64,000 nt of DNA, from NCBI GenBank assembly GCA_964106915.2, contig OZ066916.1; one strand, 5' to 3'. This stretch comes from Podarcis gaigeae (taxonomy: Eukaryota). The position numbers were made by a program, and so were the translations under genes. This document shows, piece after piece, positions 48,953 to 62,337 of the stretch (positions are counted from its first letter, which is position 1; each line of letters opens with the position of its first letter). The notes beneath the pieces are model-generated. The model worked only from the letters and a program-made list of their open reading frames with translations. It did no database searches and had not been told where the DNA came from.

Positions 48953-51900
48953 TTTTCTGTTCAACTTTCTTCTTCCACACACTTACACATACAAGGTGAA
49001 AGGGTCTTGAATCTTGATTCTTAAGACATAGCTTGCCAAGGCTGCTTTTGCTCCCTGCTTTCTGCTTGACTGTACCACCAAAAGCAACCTCTTGCATTGT
49101 TACATCACCACATGAAGGTTTTTGTGTGTCTCATTAAATGCTGGGGAAAATACCATTGCATTGATTGCGTTTATTTCATTTTTCATTGTAACTTGTGTCT
49201 TCTTGAGCTTCTCTAGTATAAGCTAAAAATATTACCTACATTTTGAGACTAAAGTATTCCCAAAATAAAAAAAGTTTTTATTGCTGTCTTGGGTTAGATT
49301 TTGATAAGTATGCATTATATGCAAGGTGCAATAGATCAGACTGTGTTTCACACTGCAAGTGTCTGCCTGACTTCTATAAAGGAAAGGGATTTCCCAGTTT
49401 TCAAAAGTTAAACATTGCTCAGAAACCTTTAGAGCAAGCAATCTAATTACGGATATTTTTACATGTTAGTTGTTTAGCTATAAGACAAGTTCACTATAGT
49501 TGATCAAAAGCAACCCAAGCCAAATACTTTACATTTGCTATTTTAAAAGAAGATGGTATTGGATGTGTGATAATGTTTGTAATATTTTCTTCAAGCTGAC
49601 AAACTGTTCATTTTCAACAAGCTACCAGGTCTCAGAGATTTTTAACTCTGGGAGCTGTCAGGGTTTGTGGATAGCTTTGTAGTTTAGGGCACACATAACA
49701 GAGTAGTCAGTGCTAAAAGGGTGCCTATCATTAGCATGCATATGAATAAGCCAGCAGTCCTTCACTGCTGGCTAGATAGAAATGCTTGTGAACTGTCTTT
49801 GTTGATGAGACAAACACATGCCTGATTAGCTCTCCAAATCTATAAAGTTTTACTTTGACATTTAATAAAAATGTCGCATTTCTAGACACTTTACAGCTGT
49901 AGAAATGTCTGTGCAAAAATAAACTAATTAATTTTGCTTTTCTGCCTTCAATGGAAGGCCCCCTGTTTTGTGAGAACAGTATTGAGCTACTGCGTAGCAT
50001 ACCGATACCTTCATGAATGAATTGCTGCTGACCAAAAGCTGCTACAGAAAGCTTGTTTCATATTCAGAGACCTAGATTCTGCTGAGCAAATTAATATTTG
50101 CTATTTGTTTAAATTCTGTATTAATATTTTATTGATGGATAGGCTTTGCTTCCGAAGTAGATTTAGTACAGCCTTATAACTTATTACTGCTACTAAAAAA
50201 ACTAAAAAAAATGAGCCTAGTTACCTCTAGGTTAGTGTGCAATTTCCCATTTTCATCAAAATAGTGTTTGGGGTTTTTTGCTGATAATGGAGAGATAGCT
50301 CTACACAGCTAGTATAGGCTGTGTATAGCCCTCTTAGCCTCAAAAAACTGCTGGCAACAGATGCATGGTATTCACATTCTCCCACTCAGTGAAGGTTGCA
50401 TATTTGGTTATGTCCTTGTAACGTCCTGCGTAGAAGCAGAAACCTTCACCCCTGCAGTTGCTGTTTGGAAGGCAGATAGCTATATTTTCTGTTTTTATGT
50501 AATAGATAGATTAAGGAGATATGGTGTAGTGTGTCATAAAATAGGAAGGTCTTTTTTTCATTAAAATCTCCATTAAAGCTAAACACTTTTGAACTTAGCT
50601 ATTAGTCTATCCATTATTTGAAAACTGACTGAAGTGCCTCAAACAGAACCTCCATTTGGAAATTGGTTATAAATATTGACAGATCTGAATGAAGCCTACT
50701 GAAGATCATGAAGGTGTTGCAACAGTCATTAATACAGATATTGCTTAAAGAATTTAGAAACATCAGAGCAACTGGAAGAAGATTCAGTTTACAAAAATGT
50801 CAGCTAGCACTCCCGAGATACAAGCTAACAGCTAGTGCAGTGAAGAAAATGCAGAGTGAGTAAGCTGGTCAGTAGGTTTTATGCTTAACATTTCAATTAA
50901 TCTCCAGTATTTCCCTACCTGTAGGGATTAAGCCATGTGTCTAGTTATTTGCACATTGGACACTTCGTTGTGAGAGAAGCTGGATTGGGGCCAGTTCACA
51001 TAACTGCTTTCTTTTCCCAAGCGTTACTTTTTACAGCACTCTGTTGTGGTGATAGATATGGCTGTCATCACAAGGTGATTGCATAAATCAGTCTATTTAA
51101 ATACTGCTCATCAAAGTAATTGTATTTCAGAATGAGCTCACAAACTAAAATGTACATCCGTTTATTTGAATGTATGTAAAATTCTAAAAGGTTTCAATTT
51201 GAACCACCACAAATATAATCATGAGGAAATCAGGGTTGTGCTTCTGCTGCAAAAGTTCTTAAGCCACAAAAATGCAAGTCTCCAGAAGACCATGACCACA
51301 AGACACAATTCCACCTCAGATGTCCTTGCTGCTGCTCCTTTGCTCTGCTTTACATCCCAAATCATTGCATGGCTTTTTCTTGGATTATATTTCCCCCCAC
51401 AACCAGTGACTGCATCAGAAAAAAATGGGGGCACAGAAGGGGCTGAGCATATAGTGGGCGAGTTGTTTTCTGAAATTAACATAACAGAACATGCTAATGA
51501 CAGCAAGGGGGAGGCATGTGGAGGTGGGTCAAGCTCCTTGTTTCGGGGGGGGGGGCACTCCAAAGAGTTGATAGAGTAGCAGTAGTATGAAGTCGTGTAT
51601 ATGGTTTCTGACATTTATGTACGCTTTTACTTTGCCTGTTAGAAAGATACTTGAATACTGTATTTGTATAATCACTATTGATATAGAAGAAGCTACCCAC
51701 ATCTATTCCACTCTGAATCTTTGTCCTTGGCTTCAGGTCTTTCAGTGGTATAGGTACTATTTAGTCCTGGATCAGTTAAAATCAGTTGAGAAAGATGTTC
51801 TGAAAAACAAGCAGTATTTTATAATTTGTATTGCTCTGTGATTGGATATTGCTTTGGTCCATGCCTCATCCTTATAACAGTGGAATCAAAGGCTCTGTTC

Positions 51901-52577
51901 TTTCTGGTTTGTGGATAGGGAACTATAGCTGAAGCAAAGTAACTAGTAGTTCAAACCCCCTCGGCAAGTCCATGACTTGAACTGAACTCCTCAGATTTAA
52001 GTCTACCATATTGCGGGCCAACTAGACTTCAAGTGCAGATGCAGACCCTGTTTCCTTTTCAAAAAAACAAATTAGCATTAAGAGGCAATGAAAAGCAGCA
52101 GGAGTAGTTGAAGAGTTTAAGCCTCACAAACTCAATGCCTTGTTTGCCCCAGGGTGGTCTGCATTCCTCTGGACAGAACAGGGTCTCCCTGTTCACTGGA
52201 TGGGGAGCCTGTTATCAACACTGTGAAGTCTAATTTTGAACTTAGGTTTCACATTTTGCAGCCTTTGGTGCAGGTTCCAAGAATAACTGGACTATAATGG
52301 CAAATGAATCTACAGTATATGGTTTACAGAGAGCCAAGGCATTCTATTCTTCAGTAAAAAGGTAGACTTGTGATTTTACAGCTAATGGTATTTTAAATGA
52401 CATTGACAGAAGCATAGGAGGTATTTTTGCTTTGATTTATGTGCACTACTAGTTTGATGTTCTTGACCCTTCTTTTGGCTTAAGTACCTTAACAGGCTTA
52501 TGCAATTTTGCTGCAGTATCTGAGAACGAGTTTAATTTTGAGGAGTTAAACTTGTAATTTTTGTCCTCTTTTTGCAG

Positions 52578-52590
52578 GGATGAAATGTAA
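52578..52590 (+). CDS. PCMT1: PCMT1 exon 8 coding tip for the alternative isoform (-RDEM); 3' UTR continues to AATAAA at 53348-53353
   Basis: Pyrimidine tract + tttgcag|G GAT GAA ATG TAA; joins exon 7 donor TCC AG|gtggaa in phase. Confidence 0.82.
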
Positions 52591-54080
52591 AAGCTACGTC
52601 ATCTGACCCAAACATAGTGTTAACAGTGGACTGCTCATCTCCAATTCTTAAAAGCTTTTCAAAACCAACAGCATTGCAGCTTGTTTTGGACTTTGTTACA
52701 CTGTTATCAGCATGGAAAAGTGTGGTGTTTTTTATTTTGTAGAAGTTAATGCAAGTTTGATAATGAACTGATGGAAAGTTTAAATTTGGGCAAATGTTTC
52801 TTTTCAACATGCCCTTATTTTCACCTGTTTAAAGAAGTGAAATATGTCTGCAGAAAGCCAGACAGACCTGCAATTTGTTATCTTCTTTATTTTGGATTGG
52901 GAAATGTTCTGAACACTTCTTTCAGCTCCAGTGTTCGTCCATCAAACCGCTTATCTGCACTTTCTGACACTACATGCACACTATATGGTTCCTGTGTTCA
53001 GCTGTCTTCTAGATGCTACTAAAATGAGATGACGTTCTTCAAAGCTTTCAGCGTGGTGTCATAGACTAGCATGTAGTATATACAATCAGCTGCTTTCTTC
53101 CCTTTAAAAATCAGATATCGTGTATATAAACTTCAAGACATCAGAAGTGACAGCTCTTGTTGAATACACTGCTGTTCAAGATGGACATAACTGACATAGT
53201 TTTCTCCCTTTTACTTGTAGAATAACTTAGAGGTTTATAGTAGAGTATTGTTTGCAAATTTGATGTACCTGAATTTAAAACTGTATAACAAATACTGTGT
53301 AAGCTATGTCCTAATCATTGAACAGTTTATGCAATGCTGCTTTGCCAAATAAAATTCAAAACAAAAAGGGTTTGCAAGTGCTATTTTTAATGAGAAAGTG
53401 TCTGGGTAGTTGACCCATTTGCTAAACATTAGAAAAGACTTTTACCAACAGCTAATTTTCAGAAGTGTGAAAGTTCTCATGTGATCCTTATGTTGTTTTT
53501 GAAACACATGTTCACTTTCTCCTGTTGTACCTGCAAGGAGACGCTTGCTTTTTTAAAAAAAGCAACACGCCTTGAGTGCTTATTGTAACAGAAGGGTGTG
53601 ATTTTGTGTGCATCTGTTGCTACCTATCAGTTAGTGTACATAATCCCTGATGTTTCAAAGATAGGGCATAGATCTGCACAGAATTTGCATATGATTTGTG
53701 TCACATGCAAATTTGTGTCCTTTTTGTAGGTGGAGTGCTCAAAAAATAAATAGGTGTCCATAAAAATAATAAAAGGCACACAGAATGTGACTAGGTAAAG
53801 CTAGTCCCTTCATATTATTTCCATAATGGAAAATATTTAACCTGTTGAACTCTTCTGCCTGCCACGCAGCTATTAAAGACACAATAACCATGCTTTCCCC
53901 CTATGCCAACCCTAAACCAAAGCCTAGGTGGCAATCCTATATTCACTTAACCACAGAATGAGCTCCATTAAACCCAAAGACATGTAATCTATAAATTTCA
54001 ATGAAAGCAGCAATGTGTAGTAATTGTTTTACTGTTTTAACTGTTTTATTCTAATTGTGATGAATCATCAGTATCAAGAC

Positions 54081-54216
54081 CAGGGCTTTTTTTCAGCTGG
54101 AACTCACTGGAACTCAGTTCTGGCACCCGTCAGGTGGGCACCATTGCCATTCTAAGGGAACAAGGGAGGTGTTCATGGTGAGTTCCAGCGCCTCTTTTTC
54201 TAGAAAAATAGCACCG
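54081..54216. mobile_element. hAT-type MITE (degenerate)
   Basis: Terminal inverted repeats cagggctttttttc / gaaaaatagcaccg; 6-of-8 TSD atcaagac / atcaatat. Confidence 0.6.
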
Positions 54217-57200
54217 ATCAATATGACCTTTTGAAAAGCATAGCTAATACAGGAACAGGATGAGAGAAGAGATCCCAAAGATTTGAGCATTACAGAAGTA
54301 CATTGTGAGGATCAATATATTTGCTGTTGCTTGTCAGATACTTTTAAAGGCAAATAGAGTGTTAGCTTATTTTCCAGACAATACAAATCATTATGCAAAC
54401 AGAGGTTTAGGGGAATGGAGAACACTGGCATGATTGTCTTTGCAGGCATTGTTGTTACGTGGTGATGAATAAATCACCAGTTCCAATAGCCCTGTTGAAC
54501 ATCTTTTAATTGTTCAAGCACGTTTACAAATGCTGCAAAGGGCCTCATTTATTTTTCTTCATAAAATGCATGCAATATGTAATGGCTCCATTGTTTTTAG
54601 AATGTTTGCAAAAATGATTATGCTACAGCTTGCCTAGCAAAAGGCTGGTAGGCCTGACAGGAGCAAACAGAACTTGAGAAGCACTGAAACAATGAGAAAT
54701 GTTTTAAGAAAGAAAAATTAAGGTGAGTATTTAAACCAAAAAGTGCTCTTTTGCACTGTCTCTTAGTTTGGAGAAATAAGTTCACAGCAGTAGAAAAGGA
54801 CTGCCTTGTACAATGTTAGCTAGTCCGTCCTAGGTTTTATGTCTTCAGTTAAATAAACGAGAATGAGGCTATGGGCATGGCAGGGTAGATTTAACTCATC
54901 TCTCCCCCAACCCCAATGATCCCCAGCTATATTTTTACTCATTTATTTAGATTGAGCCTAACAGTTTGGGCCAGGCAATAAGGTTAATCATTACCTCAGT
55001 TAAATTATTAAACTTTCATCATGCTGCATTCCTGGCCAGCAAAAGCCAGCTTGAATACAAATGTCCTACCTTGCTTCCAAAAGATATGTGAAGTGACTCA
55101 AAATGCAGCCATGGGTCACATCCTAAAGCAGGAAAGAGGAAACATGGGTGATATCCAGTTAAGCAGTTCCGTAAATGCAAGAAGTTGAAGGACTTCCTTC
55201 CCCACTGCTTGTGCCCCTCTTCCCAAATCTGCTCTGGAGGTTTCGGGTGGGGGAAACCTCAGAACAGGTACACTGGGAGGAGAAGAGAATAAGTTCCACT
55301 GTAATCAGAAGTCTTTGCACTGAGGAAAGCACTGGCTGGTTGAGGCTGATGGGAGCTGGAGTCCCAATGGAATCAAGAGGGCCCCATATTCTCTGTACCT
55401 GCCCTTAAAGGATTCTGTGAATTGTGGCCTTCAGCTTTGTAGATAATTGTAAGATTAAGAAGGGACAGAATTGGTAGCCTCATAGAGCAGGAGTTTCTTG
55501 TTAAAATGGATCTGCAGTGAAAATAATGCGAAGAAGGGGGAAACACATTCGTAATAGCACTGCCAATAGTAAGTCCACTAGTTACAGCCCTGCCCCTGTG
55601 AAAAATTACAACAATTATTTGTAAAGCTTAGCATTTGGACAAAAAATGGGGTTGTAATTTCAAACTGATAAGCAAGGAAAGGCAATCAAAGATGATGGAA
55701 CAAAGCAGCGTGCAGCTACATTAGCATGTAGTGGGGCTTTTCCTTAACAGCAGCACTTCCACCCTGGGTCACATGATTTCTCAAAGTAGAAGGTTCACAA
55801 GACACTTGAGAAGCAGGTGCAAAAGTATACATTAACGCCACATACCTGAAAGTACTGTCAATTTACTGTTAAAAGTCACATAACATTCACCATAATTTTG
55901 TGACAAACAAGTAATTTGTACATGGGACTAGAACTAACAGCATAGCCTTAACACAAATGTTTCTCTCTTTAATCAGTTAATAATGCAAAGCAGCTGGTAA
56001 CAGCAGCAGACCTGCTGCTTTCAAACTCCACAGAGGCCTGCTTCTTAGCAAAGTGGTAATAGGCAAACTGGCTGTGAAGGAGAAGGTTTCAAGCCTAAGC
56101 TTCTCAGTATGTTAATTTGCTATGTGAGGAGATCATTTTGGGTGCAAGTGTCCTTTGAGAACCGCATGTTCAGCAGTAAAGCCCAGCCCCAGGCAGCAGG
56201 TTTTAGAACCCAACTAGGCATGATGAGGCCATCTTTTGTGCGTCTGGCCAGTTTGCATATAAAGCAGAAACTGGGTGAGGGGCTGAGCTAATGAAATGCA
56301 GGAGATCAATTATATGCTAAGAATAAAAAGAGCCCTGGCTACCTCTCTTCTCCTTAGTCAGTTTCTCCAGAACCCTTCCTCTGTTCTCAGCTCTGACACT
56401 GGCTCCTTTTACTGTTTAAGACACAACTTCTTATTATAATGGGGCAGAAATGTGAAAGGAATGCATGTGCAGCTATCACAGACTAGATTACTTGTGTGGT
56501 CCCTTCCAACTCTGTAATTCTACGGTTCTAGAAGTGGTTCTATAGTTCCACTGTTTTGCAACAATACAGAACCCTGCTAACATAGGTTTTTGTTTACATA
56601 GTTACTGAAAGGAAAACAAGTATTTTGCAAGGTATTAAGAATAAAATAGGTTTATTATCTCTTAGTTTACATTATCAGGTTGGGACATTGGCAATGTAGA
56701 GGTCTGCGGTAGGATTCAAAGTTGTAAGTTCGTTAGAATAAGAGAGACATACAGAATCATTGCATGCCTTTTCTGCATTGATTTGTACCTGGGTCCTCGG
56801 ATGGGAACTTCTTTGCACAGATGGATAAAGAGGAGGGTTCACACACAAAAACTGATACGCAGACTACAAACTTTACTGTATAACGAACACTTCCGACAAT
56901 TCAGTCATACATTGAATTCATCAGACGACGGGATGAGCTTTAAAATTGATGCAGCTACTGAAACTTTAACTTCGCTGTGAGGGTCCAATTAGCAAGAATC
57001 TTTCAAGCTCCATGAAAGCAGGCAGCGTTGTATCAATAGCAGCAATGGGATGTGTTGCTGAACATATGGCCTAGTCCATATCTGTAGCACAATGAGGTGG
57101 CAGAGTCCTGAGCTATTAGCATAGAGTGTACAACTTCAGACTGCTGGGGATGCTATCATCTTTTTGATCTTCAGTTTAAAGCGGGGGATAATGCTGCTCA

Positions 57201-58292
57201 TTGCCCATGATAAAGAGATTGCTTGAAGGGTGGGAATCCTCACGGTGTTTAGAAAAATAGCATAGCAGAGGGCAGTTTCCCCTACGGTCCTTCGGCTTGT
57301 GCTGCTAGGTTTGTTTTTGTGTAACGGAACACTAAAACATCTCTCTTCCCTTTTCCACTGTCTGAAGTGATACAAACCACTCGTACCACTTTAAGATCCA
57401 AGTACTTCATTTTGCTGCCTGTATAGACCAAGCCTAATGTTTCACCTTGGGAAACTCTGCACTTTAACAGGGTGGCTTGTAAATAATCCCATGCCTGTGA
57501 CAAGTAAGAAGCAAACCTAGGCAAGTAGGTGAGTAGAAAAATATGCTTCTATTTGAACCAATCTTGAAGTGATAATAGTGCCATGTTATTTTAAAATAAA
57601 GTAAAATAAAATACTGGTTTTAAAGTAGTAAATAAATATCCTTTCTGTAAAAGGAAGCTAAAGAAAGATCATTTATGTCAAAGGAATCTAATTTCTCACC
57701 TAAGGCCAGATGCAGAGAGCCAACACAACAGGAAATAGATGTGTCTAGGATCTTATATGGCTGCTATATTTTTCCATGCCCTGACCTGTGCCATCCCTTG
57801 TGACATGGGAGAGGTGCAGCAATGTGGATCATCAGCCACCCAGAAACCAATATTCAAAGTGGTGCTGTAACACTGCATGATGCTTCTTTGCAAAACAGAA
57901 CTGAGTGAGTATTATGGATTACAAGGAGAGGGCAGTTCTTGGAGAACATGGCATTTCATCCATCGCAGGGCTAACTCCAGCCATATTACCTTAGATATGG
58001 CAGTATTTTCATGGGACTGAACCGATACACAACCCAGTAAGATGGAATTTGCCTTATTGACAAGCACAGGATAGTCCTAGAGCTCTGGCAGAGGGAAGCC
58101 GGTCTGTCTGCTGGTGCAGCTACAAACATCTCTACCACTGATGTTAGAAAGAATCTTTTAGAAGGTGGCTGCTGCATTTTCTCTTTAAACATGAGTTTTT
58201 ACTTTTTTTAAAAAAAGAGGAAAGTGTAAGATGCAAGAGGCACACTTTTTTTGAGGAAAGCTCAAGGAAAGGGAAGTCACCTGAACCCTGCT

Positions 58293-58447
58293 TTAGAGAT
58301 ACATCCCATTTATGAGGTAATCGGATTCCTCAGACATCAGGGGCCGAGCTTTCTTAAGTTTCTGTCTCACTAACCGAAGTCGGCAAGCTACCATGAGCAG
58401 CAGCATAGCGGTGATGGCCAGCCCAAGAGCCAGAGGGAGGACAGCAC
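58293..58447 (-). CDS. LRP11: LRP11 last coding exon (transmembrane helix and cytoplasmic tail)
   Basis: aag|GT GCT GTC...AVLPLALGLAITAMLLLMVACRLRLVRQKLKKARPLMSEESDYLINGMYL then TAA; not in the ORF track. Confidence 0.95.
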
Positions 58448-58525
58448 CTTTGAAAGGGAAAGAAAGGAGCAGTTAAACAATGTTAACACCAGAACTAATA
58501 AAGAATGTGCTATATAAAGCCAAAT

Positions 58526-58564
58526 TAATAATAATAATAATAATAATAATAACAACAACAACAA
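58526..58564. repeat. Compound (AAT)n(AAC)n microsatellite
   Basis: Direct reading of the sequence. Confidence 0.9.
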
Positions 58565-60674
58565 TTCACCAGCATGTTAGTGTATATTTCTTCTAATCCA
58601 TACATTTTTTTATTTGCTGAATATACATTTCCCCCCCAAGCGATTTCCCCCCTAATAGTTTTGTACTTTATTTTTCCTAACTAGCGTTTTTTGGTTTTGC
58701 ACACTTTCCCCCTAATATACGTAGTTTTGGGTTGGAGAGATGTACCACAAAACTTGGAGAAGTGTGAATTTCAAAAGACAGCTGTCTTGTGGTTTGTGTG
58801 TTGCTTTGGGAACTGCAAAATACGTAGGTTTGCATTAAAATGTGAAATGAACCAAATTTATCTTTCAACCCTAATGTCAACCCACTTAAAAACATTCAAC
58901 ACCAGTTGCTGTCCCAATTACTATAAAAGGATTTTCTTAAAAAGTTAACAGATAATGCTTGGTCTCCAGTAAAACAATTCCACGTTTTGCAAGAGTGCCT
59001 TGCGGGTATGATGCTCAGTGGGAAAGGTGCCTTTGAAGAGCCAGGCAGCTACTATGAATTGTAACAGTGCTTTTCTCCCCTTGGGCACAAAACGTAACTT
59101 TTGCCTAGTGAAACTGTTTTAAAACAACCTTGCCATTGAGACTCTGTTGCAATATTATCAGATGGTTGTCTATCGCACTTTGATAAACAGAATGCTGTTT
59201 ACTGTCTGAGCATGCACCTAGATAAAGCTTAGGCCAGTTTTCAACACATTTCTTTTTTATTTGCCATGGCTGCAAGTTACATCAGAATTTTGACTTTATA
59301 TCTGATCATGAAAATTGGATCCTCTACTTCTAGAAAAGAAATGTGACCATATGAAAGTTAGTGCTTAGGGCTATCAACACTGCAAACAGCTGTACCTACA
59401 ATAAGGAAAACAGTGTTGCAGATTTCTCTCTTCTTGCCTTCACTCTGAAAAATATGGGCACACAACCTCCAAGCTGAAGGCTGATCTCCACCTGTGTTCC
59501 TCCCCATTCTGAGCATCCTGCATGTTTAGCTGATCAATCTGCCCCTTTTTCTTATAATAGTAACACTTGCTTTACGCTTTTTGCATACTGGATAAGCTTG
59601 CAGGCTTTGGCATAGACACAGTACCCTTGAGAACTGTGCAAAGCTGGCATTTGCTGCAAACTGGAAGAACAGGTTTTCCCTGAGGTCAATAGGAGGGAGA
59701 AGACTGTGTGTCTAAAATGCAGCTCATATGCTTCTGCAGTGTGGTTGTGCAAAAATTATGTAAGTCCGTATGCACCTTCACACAGGGGTCATTACCAGGA
59801 AATAAGCCCACCATTGCTTTTGTGATTTAAAAAGTTTTTCTTTAAGGTCCAGCTTGTTCTCCCTTAGGAAACTGAATAGAGGGCCTCTTCCTTAAACAAA
59901 TCTTTGTCAGAAAAGAAGTGCACACCATCAATTGTCAACTGCTGTAAGAATATTTTGTGCTAACCTACATGTCATAGGGATGATATTATAAACCTAGCTC
60001 CCATATATTATCTAAGGATCATGCTGAGTTTTCTGCAGGACATCTTTCTGTCCTTGAAGGGAAGGACCGCATACCAGAAGCCCAATAGGTCAGGAAACCC
60101 ATCTATTATCTACACTGAGGGCCAAAGCAGACACTATGTTATCTACATATCTGTGCAGGGTGGGGGTTGTTTAGTTTTATGAAAAGACAAATTGCTGGCA
60201 GTGCTGGATTTAGGGTGGTGTAAGCAGTTCCCTCTAACAGAGTGCCAAATTGAGGGGGTGCAAAATTGAGAGGATCCATTTGGGGGTGCCAAATTGTGGG
60301 CTCGTACAGGGCGCCATATTACAAAGGATTCCCAAAGTCTGCCCCCATTGCTGGAATAGAAGGTCTGATCTGGAGCAGGATCCCCCTGTTGGAGATAGGG
60401 GAGTTTTAACCCTCTTCCCCAACTATGGTCCTGATCTGGATCAGACCCCCCCCCCATATCTTCAGTTTGCATACGACAATAACAGCACTGAAATGAGTGG
60501 AAGCTTTCCCCCAACGCAAACTGCAGGTGCAGTATTCTAGATCCAGATTGGGACAACTGTGAATAAACCACCCTTACCTATCCTAGGGTCCCAATCTGGA
60601 CTGAGGGTCCTAGCCTGGCAATTTATGTAAAAGCAACAACGAGAGCCTGCACATAAAGGCACAGCTATGGAGTT

Positions 60675-60933
60675 AGAAGAAGAAGAAGGAGAAGGGTTTG
60701 GATTTGATACCCCGCCTTTCACTCCCTTTAAGGAGTCTCAAAGCGGCTAACATTCTCCTTTCCCTTCCTCCCCCACAACAAACACTCTGTGAGGTGAGTG
60801 GGGCTGAGAGACTTCAAAGAAGTGTGACTGGCCCAAGGTCACCCAGCAGCTGCAGGTGGAGGAGCGGGGAATCAAACCCGGTTCCCCAGATTACGAGACT
60901 GCCGCTCTTAACCACTACACCACACTGGCTCTC
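60675..60933 (-). mobile_element. Full-length tRNA-derived SINE with (CTT)n tail (Squam3-like)
   Basis: Minus strand starts gagagccagtgTGGTGTAGTGG (A box)...GGTTTGATTCC (B box); ends in (TTC)n. Confidence 0.85.
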
Positions 60934-61234
60934 GTTAAAATAACGTGTAGTTTTGCCCTGATACATTGGCACAGCCAGCCTGGCAGCCTTGATGCCAGGC
61001 TTCCTGGAGGCAAGCCAGACACGAAGAGAGTGACTGGGCAAATCAGGTTGTCTCTCTGGCAGAGAATGGACTTCTTAGTGTGCCTGCTTCTGAGGAAGAA
61101 GAGTGTACACAGCCTAATGCAAAGATACAGACCCACCAGAGTAGGCAGAAATAAAAACAAGATGCAAGCCATCGGCTGTTGTGCTAGAAGTCCTTGACAG
61201 GTTTAAAACCAATCTGTGGTCTTCAGACTAGCTA

Positions 61235-61616
61235 AAAAAAAAAAAGAGTAAAGGACCCCTGGACAGTTACATCCAGTCGAAGGTGACTATGAGGTGCGGC
61301 GCTTATCTCGCTTTCATACCAAAGGAGCAGGTGTTTGTCCATAGACAGCTTTCCTGGTCATGTGGCCAGCATGACTAAACCACTTCTGGCACAATGGAAC
61401 ACTGTGACAGAAACCAGAGCGCATGGAAATGCTGTTTACCTTCCTGCCACAGTGGTACCTATCTATCTACTTGCACTGGCGTGCTTTTAAACTGCTAGGT
61501 TGGCAGGAGCTGGGACAGAGCAATGGGAGTTCACTCTGTCACGGGGATTTGAACTGCTGATCTTCTGACTGGTAAGCCCAAGGGGCTCCGTGTTTTAGAC
61601 CACAGTGCCACCCATG
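61235..61616 (+). mobile_element. Full-length Sauria SINE
   Basis: Perfect 12-bp TSD tcagactagcta at 61223-61234 and 61617-61628; homologous to the other copies. Confidence 0.92.
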
Positions 61617-61884
61617 TCAGACTAGCTACAACACAAATGCAAGAAGCAAAGGAACCTTAGGCAGCGTACATGGACATGCTGGCCCAATCCAGGACATAAC
61701 CACCATCCAGGGATGTTATTCCTATAGTTTGTGATTACTTGGTGATGCAAGTTGTTAAGATTGTATCGTTAAGGCATTTTGTTTTGTTTCTAATCAATCC
61801 CACTCTGCACATTAATGGGAATTAAAACGTTCAGTGACACCTAACTCTCTGAGGGTTAGTTTAAAAATATAGCATTGTAATTAC

Positions 61885-61986
61885 CTGCTTCTGGAACCGG
61901 ATGGCTCTTTTCGATGGGCGTGCCCTTTAACACCACAATGTTATTTTCATTTTCATAATCTGTGTCTTTCCCTGAGGTTTTAGAGT
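61885..61986 (-). CDS. LRP11: LRP11 juxtamembrane exon (102 nt, phase 1-1)
   Basis: cag|AC TCT AAA...GCA G|gtaatt; SKTSGKDTDYENEN...HPVPEA. Confidence 0.85.
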
Positions 61987-62337
61987 CTGTAAATATGGAG
62001 CAGGATATATAGCTATAAGTCATATTCCATATACATAACAAATCATTTGCTTTACAGTCTGCCCTCCCTTCTATGTTTTTTCCAGTAACTACAGCACATA
62101 GAGTGCTGTCATCGAGCAGAAGCATAGGGGCTCCTCTTTGGCATCTCTTAACAGGCTGCAGATGCATTAGTATTGTTCCTGGCTGCCACTGCAAATTTCC
62201 TGTCTTCTAATAAGAGGATTATTCAAGCAGCTCCTGGGATTTCAAGGGGCTTATTCTGAGCTAAAAAAACAAGAGATTCTGCAGTTATGTTGTACTGCAA
62301 TATTCCCCTTCTATAAAAGAAGGTGACTGATTATTAC

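Noticed and set aside
51166-51841. 137-aa and 131-aa overlapping ORFs in PCMT1 intron 7
   Set aside because: Non-ATG or weak starts, no domain, and no in-phase splice sites linking them to PCMT1.
60860-60933. tRNA-like sequence with A and B boxes
   Set aside because: It is the head of a SINE that continues into a body and (CTT)n tail; no intact cloverleaf.
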